NCBI RefSeq assembly: GCF_946221935.1
Contig: NZ_CAMIGN010000001.1
Span: 264,990-328,989 of the forward strand
Direction of reading: 5' to 3'
DNA: 64,000 bases
DNA from: an uncultured Corynebacterium sp.
Lineage (GTDB): Bacteria; Actinomycetota; Actinomycetes; Mycobacteriales; Mycobacteriaceae
Part shown: positions 52,038 through 61,985 of the stretch, piece by piece
How the letters are laid out: each line of letters starts with the position of its first letter
How positions within the stretch are numbered: the first letter of the stretch is position 1
Translations under genes and position numbers: made by a program
The notes under the pieces: generated by a model
The model's database searches: none
Told to the model about the DNA's origin: nothing
What the model saw: only the letters and a program-made list of their open reading frames with translations

Positions 52038-52733
52038 CTATCCGCCGAAACTAGCCACGTAGTCGGCGATAACTTTGTCCGCAGGCCCATCTCCGCGTAC
52101 CGTACCCTCATCGATCCACAGCACTCGTTCCATGTCCTCCAAAAGCTCCAGATCGTGGGAAACCACAATCAGCTGCTGTGGGAGATTAGCCAGGGTGGCG
52201 GCGATCATGCGCCTATTGCCGAGGTCGAGCAGAGTCGTGGGTTCGTCAGCAATCACCAGCTCCGGCTCGACGATCAGTACGGAAGCGAGAGCTAGCAATT
52301 GCTTTTCACCGCCGGAGAGAAAGTGTGGCGAGGCATCAGCTAGGTGCTCCAGTCCCATGTCATGCAGCATTGCCTCGACTTTTTCGCTTCGCTCGCGGCC
52401 GTTCTTGGAGATCGTACGCAGCGAAAACGCGATATCTTCGGCAACCGTCGGCATGATGATCTGGTTGTCGGCGTCGCTAAATACAAAACCGACCTTCTTG
52501 CGCACCTGGCGTCCGCGTTTGGTGACATTGAGGCCATCGACGAGAACCTGTCCGGTTGTTGGATCGGCCAGGCCATTAATGAGCCGGACTAGCGTGGATT
52601 TTCCGGAACCATTGGAGCCGATAATGCCGATGCGTCGTTCGCTTAATGTCAGGGTGATGTCGTGCAGAACGGTACGTTGACCTGCGGTGCCGTCGAAAGT
52701 GACGCCCACCTGGTCAAACTCAATGACGGGCAT
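52038..52733 (-). CDS. bioM: ECF transporter ATP-binding (A) component, BioM/CbiO-like
   Basis: Walker A 'GSNGSGKSTL', the signature 'LSGGEKQLLA' and Walker B 'LVIADEPTTLLD' are present. Confidence 0.85.
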   Translation of the reverse strand: MPVIEFDQVGVTFDGTAGQRTVLHDITLTLSERRIGIIGSNGSGKSTLVRLINGLADPTTGQVLVDGLNVTKRGRQVRKKVGFVFSDADNQIIMPTVAEDIAFSLRTISKNGRERSEKVEAMLHDMGLEHLADASPHFLSGGEKQLLALASVLIVEPELVIADEPTTLLDLGNRRMIAATLANLPQQLIVVSHDLELLEDMERVLWIDEGTVRGDGPADKVIADYVASFGG

Positions 52734-52734
52734 T

Positions 52735-53325
52735 TTAGGCCTTGCGCTTGGTCGGCAGCAGGTCGGGGACTGCCTTGGTCACAGCCAGGGCTATGGCGAC
52801 GGCTAGCGTTACCTTGATTAGGTCTCCGGGGATGAACGGGCCATTGGTAGCGAGCGCGGTGCCGAGGCCGTAATCGAGGCGAACCATGAGGCCGACGGTA
52901 CCGCAGATGTATTGGATGATCACGCCTACGATGCCAGCAAGGAAGAACACTGTGGCGCGGCCCTTAGAGTTGCGCGGCGCGTATTGGGCAATAAGGCCGA
53001 TTACGAAGGCGGCGATGACGTAGCCGACGATGTATCCGACAGTGGGGCCGGCGACGGCAGCTGCGGCGGGTTTCCATCCGGCCATGTTGGGAACACCAAC
53101 GAAGCCGACGGCGATGAACAGGGTGGTGGCCAGGCCGCCGCGCCAGAAGCCGAGAATGAGAGAGGCGAGGACGATGCCCATGTTTTGAAGAACGATAGGC
53201 ACGCCGGAGATACCGACAGGAAACTGTACGCCACCGAGGACGATGATAAGTGCGGCGAAAACAGCAATGTATGCGAGGTCTACCGCTTTGAATTTTGTAG
53301 TTTCGGAGGTTGACATAAATGCCAT
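52735..53325 (-). CDS. bioY: Biotin ECF transporter substrate-specific (S) component BioY
   Basis: The 196-aa ORF has 5-6 transmembrane helices. The BioY-family N-terminus 'LAYIAVFAALIIVLGGVQFPVGISGVPIVLQNMGIVLASLILG' is present. Confidence 0.85.
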   Translation of the reverse strand: MAFMSTSETTKFKAVDLAYIAVFAALIIVLGGVQFPVGISGVPIVLQNMGIVLASLILGFWRGGLATTLFIAVGFVGVPNMAGWKPAAAAVAGPTVGYIVGYVIAAFVIGLIAQYAPRNSKGRATVFFLAGIVGVIIQYICGTVGLMVRLDYGLGTALATNGPFIPGDLIKVTLAVAIALAVTKAVPDLLPTKRKA

Positions 53326-53340
53326 ATTAATCGGGATTGC

Positions 53341-53362
53341 GTTCAGACTTGAACACTGTTCA
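53341..53362. promoter_or_regulatory. Overlapping palindromes GTTCA-GACT-TGAAC and TGAAC-ACT-GTTCA (a BioQ-type operator) upstream of bioYMN
   Basis: 'gttcagacTTGAACactGTTCAag' lies 16–37 nt upstream of the bioY start. TGAAC-N3-GTTCA is the reported C. glutamicum BioQ (TetR) operator for bioYMN and the bio genes. Confidence 0.5.
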
Positions 53363-53399
53363 AGAAGTGTGGGGGGACGGGGGTGTAGATTGGGGAGCT

Positions 53400-53606
53400 A
53401 TGCGCAGAACAGAGTTTGACCGACTAACCGAGGGGGAATTCGGCGATAGCTTCCGCGCCTTTATCGCAGATACCCATGTGCTGAGTTCCCTGGGGGATAC
53501 GCCCGCAGCGCTAATCGAACAGGGGTATGATCCGCGCGATGTATGGATCGCTTTATGTGAGGACTTCGATGTTCCGGAAGAGCGCCGTTTAGGTGAGGAT
53601 ATCTAG
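53400..53606 (+). CDS. DUF3046-family small protein, conserved upstream of recA in actinobacteria
   Basis: 'MRRTEFDRLTEGEFGDSFRAFIADTHVLSSLGDTPAALIEQGYDPRDVWIALCEDFDVPEE' resembles the Rv2738c-like family. The start is uncertain, with an in-frame GTG at 53367 and a TTG at 53337. Confidence 0.5.
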   Translation: MRRTEFDRLTEGEFGDSFRAFIADTHVLSSLGDTPAALIEQGYDPRDVWIALCEDFDVPEERRLGEDI

Positions 53607-53668
53607 TGTTGCTGGTTGTTTTCTATTGACGCCTACGTTGTGAGTCGCTAGGGCAATTGATTAAACAA

Positions 53669-53684
53669 TCGAACAAAGGTTCGT
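53669..53684. promoter_or_regulatory. LexA SOS box upstream of recA
   Basis: 'TCGAACaaagGTTCGt' fits the actinobacterial/Corynebacterium LexA consensus TCGAAC-N4-GTTCGA. It lies about 190 nt upstream of the recA start. Confidence 0.6.
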
Positions 53685-53872
53685 GTAGGGTGTGTGTCGG
53701 AACGATGGTTGTCCGCATGGTCGAGTACAACTATCTATGAACCTTTTCGAAGCACCCTCGGTCTAAGGGGATCGGGGGTGCAAAGAAGATGGTAGCTATC
53801 ACGCAAGAAGCGCAGGATGCGCAAATAAAACAAGGCAATCTAGACACAGCAGATGTAAGGAGTAGCAACTCT

Positions 53873-55000
53873 ATGCCACCGAAGAAGAAGCAGACTGCCG
53901 CGGCGGGGAAGGATCGGTCTAAGGCTCTGGAGCTTGCAATGGCGCAGATCGAAAAGGATTTCGGTAAAGGCGCCATCATGCGTCTGGGCGACGATACCCG
54001 CCCGCCGATTCAGGCGATCTCCTCCGGCAATATCGCTATTAATGCGGCTCTGGGCATCGGTGGATTTCCGCGTGGTCGCGTGGTTGAGATCTATGGCCCA
54101 GAGTCCTCTGGTAAGACGACCGTGGCGCTGCATGCGATTGCGGAGGCACAGCGTGCAGGCGGCATTGCGGCTTTCGTCGATGCTGAGCATGCGCTCGACC
54201 CGGAATATGCCCGCGCTCTAGGTGTAGATACTGACGCGCTGCTGGTATCGCAGCCGGATACTGGCGAACAAGCGCTGGAGATTGCGGATATGCTGATCCG
54301 CTCCGGCGCGATCGACATTATTGTTGTGGACTCGGTAGCGGCATTGACGCCCAAGGCGGAGATCGATGGCGAGATGGGCGATTCTCACGTCGGCTTGCAG
54401 GCTCGCCTTATGAGCCAGGCGCTGCGCAAGATGACCGGTGCGCTATACCAGACAGGCACGACGGCGATCTTTATCAACCAGCTACGCGAGAAGATCGGCG
54501 TTATGTTCGGCTCCCCGGAGACCACCACCGGCGGTAAGGCCCTGAAGTTCTACGCTTCCGTACGCTGTGACATTCGCCGGATCCAGGCGCTAAAGGACGG
54601 CCAGGACGTAGTGGGTAACCGCACCCGTTTGAAGATCGTGAAGAACAAGGTTTCGCCGCCATTTAAGATTGCAGAGTTCGACATCCTCTACGGTGAGGGT
54701 ATTTCGCGCGAGGGCTCGATCATTGACCTAGGCGTGGAGACCGGATTGATCAAGAAGTCCGGGTCCTGGTTTACCTATGACGGAGACCAACTGGGCCAGG
54801 GCAAGGAGAAGGCCCGTGAGTTCTTGAAGAACAACCCGGATCTTTCGGCCGAGTTGGAAGATCGCATCGCCCGCGAGCTGAAGATCGGCCTGTACGCGAA
54901 AATGAAGGACGAGTCGGGCGAAGGTGCTACCGACGAGCAGTTGGATGAAGATAAGCCGATCGAACTGAGCCCGAATTTCGACGATGACGGCGAAGAGTAG
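53873..55000 (+). CDS. recA: Recombinase RecA
   Basis: '[24 protein letters not shown]…[12 protein letters not shown]' (Walker A) is present, and the L2 loop and other motifs are intact. An AAGGAG SD sits 10 nt upstream of ATG 53873. No intein is present. Confidence 0.95.
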   Translation: MPPKKKQTAAAGKDRSKALELAMAQIEKDFGKGAIMRLGDDTRPPIQAISSGNIAINAALGIGGFPRGRVVEIYGPESSGKTTVALHAIAEAQRAGGIAAFVDAEHALDPEYARALGVDTDALLVSQPDTGEQALEIADMLIRSGAIDIIVVDSVAALTPKAEIDGEMGDSHVGLQARLMSQALRKMTGALYQTGTTAIFINQLREKIGVMFGSPETTTGGKALKFYASVRCDIRRIQALKDGQDVVGNRTRLKIVKNKVSPPFKIAEFDILYGEGISREGSIIDLGVETGLIKKSGSWFTYDGDQLGQGKEKAREFLKNNPDLSAELEDRIARELKIGLYAKMKDESGEGATDEQLDEDKPIELSPNFDDDGEE

Positions 55001-55580
55001 CGAGCGCGAACAGAAGATCGAGGCCCTACGGCAGGCAATTGCCAACTATTCGCCCAGCGAAGGCGGGGGATTGGTAGATGCCGCGGAAGAGGAAAGACTT
55101 GCGCCGATCAAAGCCAAGGCTGTTCGCCTAATAAACCACCGAGCCAGATCTACTGAGGAGCTACGACGTCGACTGCTGGATGCTGACTTCGAGCCTGAGG
55201 GCGTAGAGGAGGTCATCCGCCGCTGTACAGAAAGCCGCATGCTCGACGATGCTGCCTTCGCTTGCGACTGGGTGCGCCAGCGGGAGAGAAATCAGAAAAA
55301 GTCCGTCGCTGTGTTGCGCCGAGAGCTGCAGCGCAAGGGTATTGCCACCGCTGTTATCGAGGAAGCGCTGGATCAGGTAGACGATGACTCCCAGGAACAG
55401 ATCTTGCAGGAACTAGTGACGAAGAAGGCGGCCACCATCAAACACCCGCCCGCAGATCGCAAGGAATACGACAAGGCACTTCGCCGCGTGGTCGGGGTGG
55501 CGGCCAGGCGAGGGTTTCCGGAAGGCCTAGCTCTGCAGTTTGCGCGCCACGCGCTGGATGCCCGAGTGGCGGACCTGTAG
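54984..55580 (+). CDS. recX: RecA regulator RecX
   Basis: The 198-aa ORF overlaps the recA 3' end. It carries the three-helix repeats typical of RecX ('…[19 protein letters not shown]…'). Confidence 0.85.
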   Translation: MTAKSSEREQKIEALRQAIANYSPSEGGGLVDAAEEERLAPIKAKAVRLINHRARSTEELRRRLLDADFEPEGVEEVIRRCTESRMLDDAAFACDWVRQRERNQKKSVAVLRRELQRKGIATAVIEEALDQVDDDSQEQILQELVTKKAATIKHPPADRKEYDKALRRVVGVAARRGFPEGLALQFARHALDARVADL

Positions 55581-55647
55581 CGCGGCGTCGCCAAGCGAGC
55601 ATCTGCCCTTTCGTAATCGCAGTGATCAAAGGGGTAGGGTAATCCAC

Positions 55648-57174
55648 GTGACTCAGACGATTCAGACGCAAACGAGCCAGCCTCGTACCTACGAAGTGCG
55701 CACTTTTGGCTGCCAGATGAACGTCCACGATTCCGAGCGGCTATCCGGACTGCTGGAGGACTCCGGATACGTCCCCGCAGACGAGGGCGCAACGCCGGAC
55801 GTGGTGGTGTTTAATACCTGCGCCGTCCGCGAGAACGCAGACAAACGGCTCTACGGCACGCTCGGCCAGATGAAAGCCATCAAGGACGAGCATCCGGGGA
55901 TGCAGATTGCGGTTGGCGGCTGCATGGCGCAAAAGGACAAGCAAACTGTCGTGGAGAAAGCCCCGTGGGTAGACGTAGTATTCGGCACCCATAACCTGGG
56001 ATCGCTGCCGACCCTGCTGGAGCGTTCCGCGCACAATCACAAGGCAGAGGTCGAGATTTTCGACTCGCTGGAAGAATTCCCCTCTGTGCTGCCCGCTAAG
56101 CGCGAGTCCGCTTATGCCGGGTGGGTATCAGTCTCCGTGGGCTGCAATAACACCTGTACTTTCTGCATCGTGCCCTCGCTGCGCGGCAAGGAGCAGGATC
56201 GCCGTCCGGGGGAGATCCTCGCAGAGGTCAAGGCTCTCGTGGACCAGGGCGTAAGCGAAGTTACGCTGCTCGGTCAAAACGTCAATGCCTATGGCGTTAA
56301 CTTTGCCGACGAGACCCTCGAGCGCGACCGCACCGCATTCTCTAAGCTGCTGCGCGCCTGCGGAGAGATCGAAGGGCTCGAACGCCTACGCTTTACTAGC
56401 CCTCACCCAGCCGAGTTCACCGATGATGTCATCGATGCCATGGCCGAGACCCCGGTAGTATGCCCGCAGCTGCACATGCCGCTGCAATCCGGCTCGGACA
56501 AGGTGTTGAAGGACATGAAGCGCTCGTACCGATCCAAGAAGTTCCTGGCAATCCTGGATAAAGTGCGCGAACGAATCCCACATGCCGCGATCACCACCGA
56601 CATCATCGTTGGCTTCCCAGGGGAAACTGAGGAGGACTTCCAGGCCACCATGGACGTGGTTGAAAAGGCGCGGTTCTCCAGTGCATTTACCTTCCAATAC
56701 TCCCCGCGCCCTGGAACTCCAGCTGCAGAGATGGAGAACCAGGTGCCCAAGGCAGTTGTACAAGACCGCTACGAGCGCCTGCTCGCGCTGCAGGAGCGCA
56801 TCAGCGAAGAGGAAAACCGCAAGCTAATTGGCACTACACAAGAGCTGCTTGTGCAAGCCGATGGACGCAAGAATGACCGCACTCACCGTCGCTCGGGCCG
56901 TGCCCGCGATGGTCGACTCGTGCACTTCACCCCTGAGGGTGATATTCGTGCCGGTGACGTTGTGGAAGTCGTTATTAGTGACGCCGCGCCGCACTTCCTC
57001 ATCGCCGACGGCGGAGTAGCGAACCATAGGCGCACCCGGGCAGGGGATATGACGGAGCTCGGCGAAACTCCGACGACGGCGCCGGTGGGCGTCGGACTAG
57101 GAATGCCGAGTCTGAAGAAGCCCGAGCCGACAACAGCGGGCGGATGCAACACAGGAGGATGCGGCTGTGAGTAG
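55648..57174 (+). CDS. miaB: tRNA-2-methylthio-N6-dimethylallyladenosine synthase MiaB, with an unusual Cys/Gly-rich C-terminal tail
   Basis: The MTTase N-terminal domain has '[11 protein letters not shown]…FNTCAV'. The radical-SAM motif is '[11 protein letters not shown]', and a TRAM domain is present. An extra roughly 55-aa C-terminal extension ends in '[11 protein letters not shown]'. The start is GTG 55648. Confidence 0.9.
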   Translation: MTQTIQTQTSQPRTYEVRTFGCQMNVHDSERLSGLLEDSGYVPADEGATPDVVVFNTCAVRENADKRLYGTLGQMKAIKDEHPGMQIAVGGCMAQKDKQTVVEKAPWVDVVFGTHNLGSLPTLLERSAHNHKAEVEIFDSLEEFPSVLPAKRESAYAGWVSVSVGCNNTCTFCIVPSLRGKEQDRRPGEILAEVKALVDQGVSEVTLLGQNVNAYGVNFADETLERDRTAFSKLLRACGEIEGLERLRFTSPHPAEFTDDVIDAMAETPVVCPQLHMPLQSGSDKVLKDMKRSYRSKKFLAILDKVRERIPHAAITTDIIVGFPGETEEDFQATMDVVEKARFSSAFTFQYSPRPGTPAAEMENQVPKAVVQDRYERLLALQERISEEENRKLIGTTQELLVQADGRKNDRTHRRSGRARDGRLVHFTPEGDIRAGDVVEVVISDAAPHFLIADGGVANHRRTRAGDMTELGETPTTAPVGVGLGMPSLKKPEPTTAGGCNTGGCGCE

Positions 57175-57877
57175 CCAAAACGAAAGCTCGAACACACCAG
57201 AGCAGGTGGATGAGCTGGCGCAGTACCGCGACGACTTGCGCGGTGCGGAACGTCGGATCGCAGGGCGAGTGGTGTTGGGAAGCTACCTTCCCATGATCAT
57301 CTTTGGTTTCGTTGTGCCACTCGTAATGATCTTCCTGCCTCACGCAGGCGAGGCGCGCGGCTTCGACGTGCTTTTTAACACCCCGGTGGCGCAGAATGAG
57401 CAGACGGCAATGCCGGAGATTATCTTCTCCTGGCTGCGCCTCACTGCCATACTGCTGACCATCGGCACGATCGTTTCGAAGTCGTGGCTGGTGGCGTGGG
57501 CTAACTGGGCTTTTGCTGGCGTTGCCTGGTGGTACAACGTGTTTGCGGTGTGGGTACGCCAAACCCAGCCGCCAACTGCATCTGGCGAGGGGCCGGCTGT
57601 GCCATTGCTGTTTAGTCTGCTTGGCCTGACGGTACTGTTTATTGCACTATCCGCGGTGGTGTTTCAGAAGAACCCGCTACAGCGAGCTTTGGCAGCAGCT
57701 CGCCGCGAGGAAGCTCACAAGGACGAGGAATCTCGTCTTGCACAGCAGCGGTTGCGCATGGGAATTGAAGAACGCGAGGATGCAGTCATCGTGGATGATC
57801 GACGCGCCCGCGCGAAGGCTCGCCGCCAGCGCAAGGCGGAACAAGAATCCGCGCGGGAATCTGGGCAGGAAGACTAA
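57167..57877 (+). CDS. Conserved membrane protein (Rv2732c-like), translationally coupled to miaB
   Basis: The GTG start overlaps the miaB stop as 'GTGAGTAG', with an AGGAGG SD 8 nt upstream. There are 4 transmembrane helices, and the C-terminus is basic and acidic ('[17 protein letters not shown]'). Confidence 0.6.
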   Translation: MSSQNESSNTPEQVDELAQYRDDLRGAERRIAGRVVLGSYLPMIIFGFVVPLVMIFLPHAGEARGFDVLFNTPVAQNEQTAMPEIIFSWLRLTAILLTIGTIVSKSWLVAWANWAFAGVAWWYNVFAVWVRQTQPPTASGEGPAVPLLFSLLGLTVLFIALSAVVFQKNPLQRALAAARREEAHKDEESRLAQQRLRMGIEEREDAVIVDDRRARAKARRQRKAEQESARESGQED

Positions 57878-59205
57878 TCCTCTAAGGCAGCGGCAGCAGT
57901 GTCTGCCCACTCCTGCCACTGGGCAGCTTGGCCGCGGAGCTTTTCTGCCTTAGCGGACTTGCCGGCCTTGTCGGCTTCCTCGGCCTCGCGGTTGAACTGG
58001 TCGGCCTTCGCCTGGAACTGTGCTACGCGCGCCTGTGCCTCCGGGTCGGTGCGACGCCACTCGGCATCCGCGGCCTCCTCTACGCGCGATTCGAGGGACT
58101 TGATCTTGTCCTCAAACTCGCGGACGCGACCGCGGGGAACGTAGCCGATCTGCTCCCACTTCTCCTGTAGTTCGTGGAGAACCTTGCGAGCTTTGTCTAG
58201 ACCGTGAGCCTGCGGATCGATCTTGGGGGAGTACTCGTCGATGAGCGACTGCTTGGCTTCCGCGTTTGCCTCGAATTCTTTGTCGCGCTCGGCACTGTCG
58301 GCCTTACGGGCGGCGAAGAATACGTCCTGAGCCTTGCGGAAACGCTCCCATAGCTGATCGTCGACGTTGCGGGGTGCACGGCCAGCGGCTTTCCACTGGC
58401 TCATGAGGTCCCGGAACTTGGCGCTGGTCGCACCCCACTCCGTGGAATCCTGTAGCGCCTCAGCCTGCTCAATGAGTTCTTCCTTCTTCAGCCGTGCTCG
58501 CTCGCGGTTGCGGTCCAGCTGATCGAAATGCGCCTGGCGATTGCGATTGAATTCGGAGCGAGCCTTGGAGAATCGCTTCCATAGTTCGTCATCGGTGGAG
58601 CGCTCGACGCCCTTGATGCCGCGCCATTGCTCAACGATGGCGCGGATGCGCTCACCGCTGCGCTTCCAATTCACAGTGGTCGGATCGGCCGCGGCAATGC
58701 CCTCGACCTCAGTGAGCAGCTCTTCCTTTTGCGCCAGGGCGGAATCGCGGCGCTGCTGTTTAGCTTCTGCAACCTGCTGTTCCGCGGTCTCGGTGCGCTG
58801 TGAAATTTTTTCCAGGCGTGCAAAGAGCGCCGGAATATCCCCGATGACTGCGGCAGTGCTGAGCGACTGCTGCAGGATCTTCGCGTCATGGCGAATGGTC
58901 TGAGCCTGTTCCGGGTGGCTTTCCAGACGGGCCTCAAGCATTTTGACCTCGGTGTTGAGGTCGTCGTATCGGGCGCCGAAGTGCGCCAGCCCCTCCTGCG
59001 GAGTGCCTGCCTTATACTCACCAATCTGGCGTTCGCCGTCGGCGGTCTTTACCCACGCCACACCATCCTGATCCACGCGGCCGAACTTCGCCGGATCGTT
59101 CTTGGGGATGGTGACACGCCCAGGCTGAGTTACCTGCAGACCAGGCTTCGGGCCAGGCTTTGGGCCGGGCTTGGGAACCGGACGCGAATTCGTGGGGTCA
59201 GTCAT
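57874..59205 (-). CDS. DUF349-domain protein (Ala/Arg/Glu-rich, Rv2731-like)
   Basis: An N-terminal '[11 protein letters not shown]' is followed by repeated DUF349-type helical units ('…WKR…ELWKRF…', '…QLWERFRKA…'). Confidence 0.7.
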   Translation of the reverse strand: MTDPTNSRPVPKPGPKPGPKPGLQVTQPGRVTIPKNDPAKFGRVDQDGVAWVKTADGERQIGEYKAGTPQEGLAHFGARYDDLNTEVKMLEARLESHPEQAQTIRHDAKILQQSLSTAAVIGDIPALFARLEKISQRTETAEQQVAEAKQQRRDSALAQKEELLTEVEGIAAADPTTVNWKRSGERIRAIVEQWRGIKGVERSTDDELWKRFSKARSEFNRNRQAHFDQLDRNRERARLKKEELIEQAEALQDSTEWGATSAKFRDLMSQWKAAGRAPRNVDDQLWERFRKAQDVFFAARKADSAERDKEFEANAEAKQSLIDEYSPKIDPQAHGLDKARKVLHELQEKWEQIGYVPRGRVREFEDKIKSLESRVEEAADAEWRRTDPEAQARVAQFQAKADQFNREAEEADKAGKSAKAEKLRGQAAQWQEWADTAAAALED

Positions 59206-59303
59206 GTGGGAATACTCCTACCTAAAACCAAAACATGCCAATCGCCTACATTGAAGGCAATGAAGCAATTATTACACCAGGCGCAGCGCTACACTATGTT
59301 TCT

Positions 59304-60242
59304 ATGAGTTCTTCTACTCAGATCCGTCCTGTTGCCCGTCCTGTAGCCGTCGTCGGCCCCACTGCTTCCGGCAAAACGGCAATCTCCTTGGAACTTGCAC
59401 AGCAGCTGGATGGGGAGGTGGTGAACATCGACTCTATGCAGCTGTACCGGGGGATGGACATTGGTACCGCAAAGGTTCCAGTGGAAGAGCGACAGGGGAT
59501 TCCGCACCATCAACTGGATATCTGGCCGGTCACTAAACCTGCGAGTGTGGCGGAGTACCGGGCGGGGGCAATCGAGACGGTGGAAGATATTCTGTCCCGG
59601 GGAAAAACACCCGTCATCGTCGGTGGATCCATGATGTATGTACAGGCATTGGTAGACGAGTGGGACTTCCCGCCGACGGATCCGGCTGTGCGTGAAAAAT
59701 GGCAGCGCCGTTTGGATGAACGTGGCGTCGCCGCTATGCATCAACACCTCGCGACGATAGATCCCGAGGCGGCCCGCGTTATCGAAGACAACGATCCGCG
59801 ACGCACGGTCCGCGCCTTGGAGGTCATCGAACTTACGGGCAAACCTTTTGCTGCTTCCCAGCCTCCGAAGGACTCGGTGCCCCGGTGGAACATGCGCCTG
59901 CTGGGGTTGAATGCCCCCGCTGAATGGCTTAATCCCCGCATCGAAATGCGCGTGCGCCAGATGTTTGACCACGGGCTGGTGGAAGAGGTTCGATCGCTGG
60001 TCGGCGAGGGGCTGATTCGCGAGTCCACAGCCGGACAGGCTATCGGCTATGCCCAGGTGTTGGACTACTTCTCCGGCGAGCTCACCTTAGAGGAGGCCAT
60101 CGAGCGAACCATCACTGGCACCCGGCGCTATGCTCGACGGCAGCGTTCCTGGTTCCGTAGGGATCAAAGAATTTTTTGGATTGACGCCTTTTCTCCCGAC
60201 CCCGTCCGCGAAGCCACCGAGGCATTGGGAATGAGCAGCTAA
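59304..60242 (+). CDS. miaA: tRNA dimethylallyltransferase
   Basis: The P-loop 'VAVVGPTASGKTAISLELA' and 'NIDSMQLYRGMDIGTAK' are present. Confidence 0.9.
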   Translation: MSSSTQIRPVARPVAVVGPTASGKTAISLELAQQLDGEVVNIDSMQLYRGMDIGTAKVPVEERQGIPHHQLDIWPVTKPASVAEYRAGAIETVEDILSRGKTPVIVGGSMMYVQALVDEWDFPPTDPAVREKWQRRLDERGVAAMHQHLATIDPEAARVIEDNDPRRTVRALEVIELTGKPFAASQPPKDSVPRWNMRLLGLNAPAEWLNPRIEMRVRQMFDHGLVEEVRSLVGEGLIRESTAGQAIGYAQVLDYFSGELTLEEAIERTITGTRRYARRQRSWFRRDQRIFWIDAFSPDPVREATEALGMSS

Positions 60243-60257
60243 TAAGGAGTGTTCTGC

Positions 60258-61124
60258 ATGATCGACTTTTTTAAAGCCCACGGCACGGAAAACGACTTCG
60301 TTGTCCTCATGGATGAGTCCGTCGAGGTGGATCTCACGGAGAATCGTGTTCGACAGCTCGCCGATCGGCGAGCCGGAATTGGCGGTGATGGGGTGATCCG
60401 CATAGCCACTGGAGACGCGCTCATTGATGCGGGTGTGCTGGATGCACTTCCGGAGGGTGTAAAAGGCGAGGAATGGTTTATGGATTATCGCAACGCCGAC
60501 GGTTCCCTGGCCGAGATGTGCGGTAATGGAGTGCGAGTCTTTGCCCATGTGCTGTGCTCTCAGGGAAAGGTACAGGCCGGTGAGCAGTTCGGTATTGGCA
60601 CTCGCGCCGGCCGCAAGCTCGTAGAGGTGCATGAAGTTAGCGGCGAAAAACAGGAACACGCCATTGTGAGCGTGGAGATGGGCTCCCCGGGGGTATTGGG
60701 TGTGTCCACCGCGCAGGTAGGCGACGTGAAGGTTGCGGGACTCGGAGTGGATATGGGCAATCCACACCTAGCCGCTGTGGTGCCGAACCTGACCGCGCAG
60801 AAGCTTAGAGAGCTGCCGATCGAACAGCGAGTGCAGTTCGACCCAGAGTTCTTCCCGAACGGCGTGAACCTAGAGGTGCTCACTCCGCTGGACGATGCGG
60901 GAGCAGTGCACATGCGCGTTCACGAACGCGGGGTAGGAGAGACTCGCTCGTGTGGAACCGGAACTGTCGCTGCCGCTGTGGCTGCCCTTGCCGACGCCGA
61001 ACGGGCCACCGGTACCGTGACCGTGCACGTTCCAGGCGGTGAAGTGAAGGTAGAGGTCTCCGCGGAAGGATCCGTGCTCCGCGGCCCTGCGGCGATCGTG
61101 GCGTGGGGCCAGACCGTCTTGTAG
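60258..61124 (+). CDS. dapF: Diaminopimelate epimerase
   Basis: 'MIDFFKAHGTENDFVVL' is present. The catalytic Cys blocks are 'EMCGNGVRVFAH' and 'SCGTGTVAAA'. An AAGGAG SD sits 8 nt upstream. Confidence 0.9.
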   Translation: MIDFFKAHGTENDFVVLMDESVEVDLTENRVRQLADRRAGIGGDGVIRIATGDALIDAGVLDALPEGVKGEEWFMDYRNADGSLAEMCGNGVRVFAHVLCSQGKVQAGEQFGIGTRAGRKLVEVHEVSGEKQEHAIVSVEMGSPGVLGVSTAQVGDVKVAGLGVDMGNPHLAAVVPNLTAQKLRELPIEQRVQFDPEFFPNGVNLEVLTPLDDAGAVHMRVHERGVGETRSCGTGTVAAAVAALADAERATGTVTVHVPGGEVKVEVSAEGSVLRGPAAIVAWGQTVL

Positions 61125-61131
61125 TGGCCTT

Positions 61132-61917
61132 CTAGTGGCCGCCGCAGCCACAGCTGCCGGAGCCACAGGCTCCGCCACACCCGGCGGCATCGACTGTGCT
61201 GGCGGTGAACTGCACGGTACCTGCGACGATCAGCGGTGACGTGGCGTTGGCGGGGTTTATGTCCTTACCTACGGCATCTGCTGGTAGCACGACGGTGAAC
61301 TCAAACGGTGAGCTTACAGTGGCAGTCCAGAACTCTTGCCCGGTCAACGCATTGACCTTCTTGACCCATTGGGAAGCTTCAACAGCAATCTCCGCCGTTG
61401 CGTGAGGAGGCGTAGCCGGGGAGTTGATGTCTTTGAGACCCCTCGAATCGACCACGCCGACTTTGAGGCCACCGTCCTTGGCGAACTCCGTGGAATCCGC
61501 GTAGACCCGGACGGAGCTGGTCAAAGCCCCAATCTGGAACTGGTGGTACTCCAACGAAGGGGCGTCCACAAGTAACGGGCCCTGAGCGATCGTTGCTGTA
61601 AGGGAAGAGATAGTGGGAGCTTGCTGCCCAGCGATCTGCAACATCGGACTGTCGTCAACCACATCGAGTACTCCGATGATGTCATTCAGCATCGAGAGGT
61701 GAGCAGTGGTGGCAGCTCCGCCGGAGTAGCTGGCGAAGGAGCCGAAGGGCTCGACGGCCAGGACGACCATGCGGGCGCCTGAGGGGTCATCGAACTGCAG
61801 AACCTGGCCGCCGCGAACCTCGCCTGATACACCGAGGCTGCCGGAGCCGTAGGCGGCCTCCAGCGCTTCTTGCCACTTCGGGAAATCCATGCCAATGCTG
61901 CGAAGTTCAGGAATCAT
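61132..61917 (-). CDS. Hypothetical protein with a C-terminal Cys/Gly-rich tail, inserted between dapF and hflX
   Basis: The ORF is 261 aa from ATG 61917 (the track starts at TTG 61944). There is no signal peptide or transmembrane helix. The C-terminus reads '[19 protein letters not shown]'. Its stop is 7 nt from the dapF stop, convergently. No family is recognisable from sequence alone. Confidence 0.45.
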   Translation of the reverse strand: MIPELRSIGMDFPKWQEALEAAYGSGSLGVSGEVRGGQVLQFDDPSGARMVVLAVEPFGSFASYSGGAATTAHLSMLNDIIGVLDVVDDSPMLQIAGQQAPTISSLTATIAQGPLLVDAPSLEYHQFQIGALTSSVRVYADSTEFAKDGGLKVGVVDSRGLKDINSPATPPHATAEIAVEASQWVKKVNALTGQEFWTATVSSPFEFTVVLPADAVGKDINPANATSPLIVAGTVQFTASTVDAAGCGGACGSGSCGCGGH

Positions 61918-61985
61918 GCAAACCACTCTAGTCCGCTGCACCAAATTTCCTATTTAGTGCCCCTGACAGGTAAAAATAGTCCTTA

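Noticed and set aside
53696-53730. 'TGTCGG-N8-TTGTCC' near recA resembles the mycobacterial RecA-NDp (PafBC) promoter motif TGTCGG-N8-TAnnnT.
   Set aside because: The -10-like half does not match (TTGTCC versus TAnnnT). This may be a chance partial match. It is mentioned under recA upstream findings only as a weak dyad.
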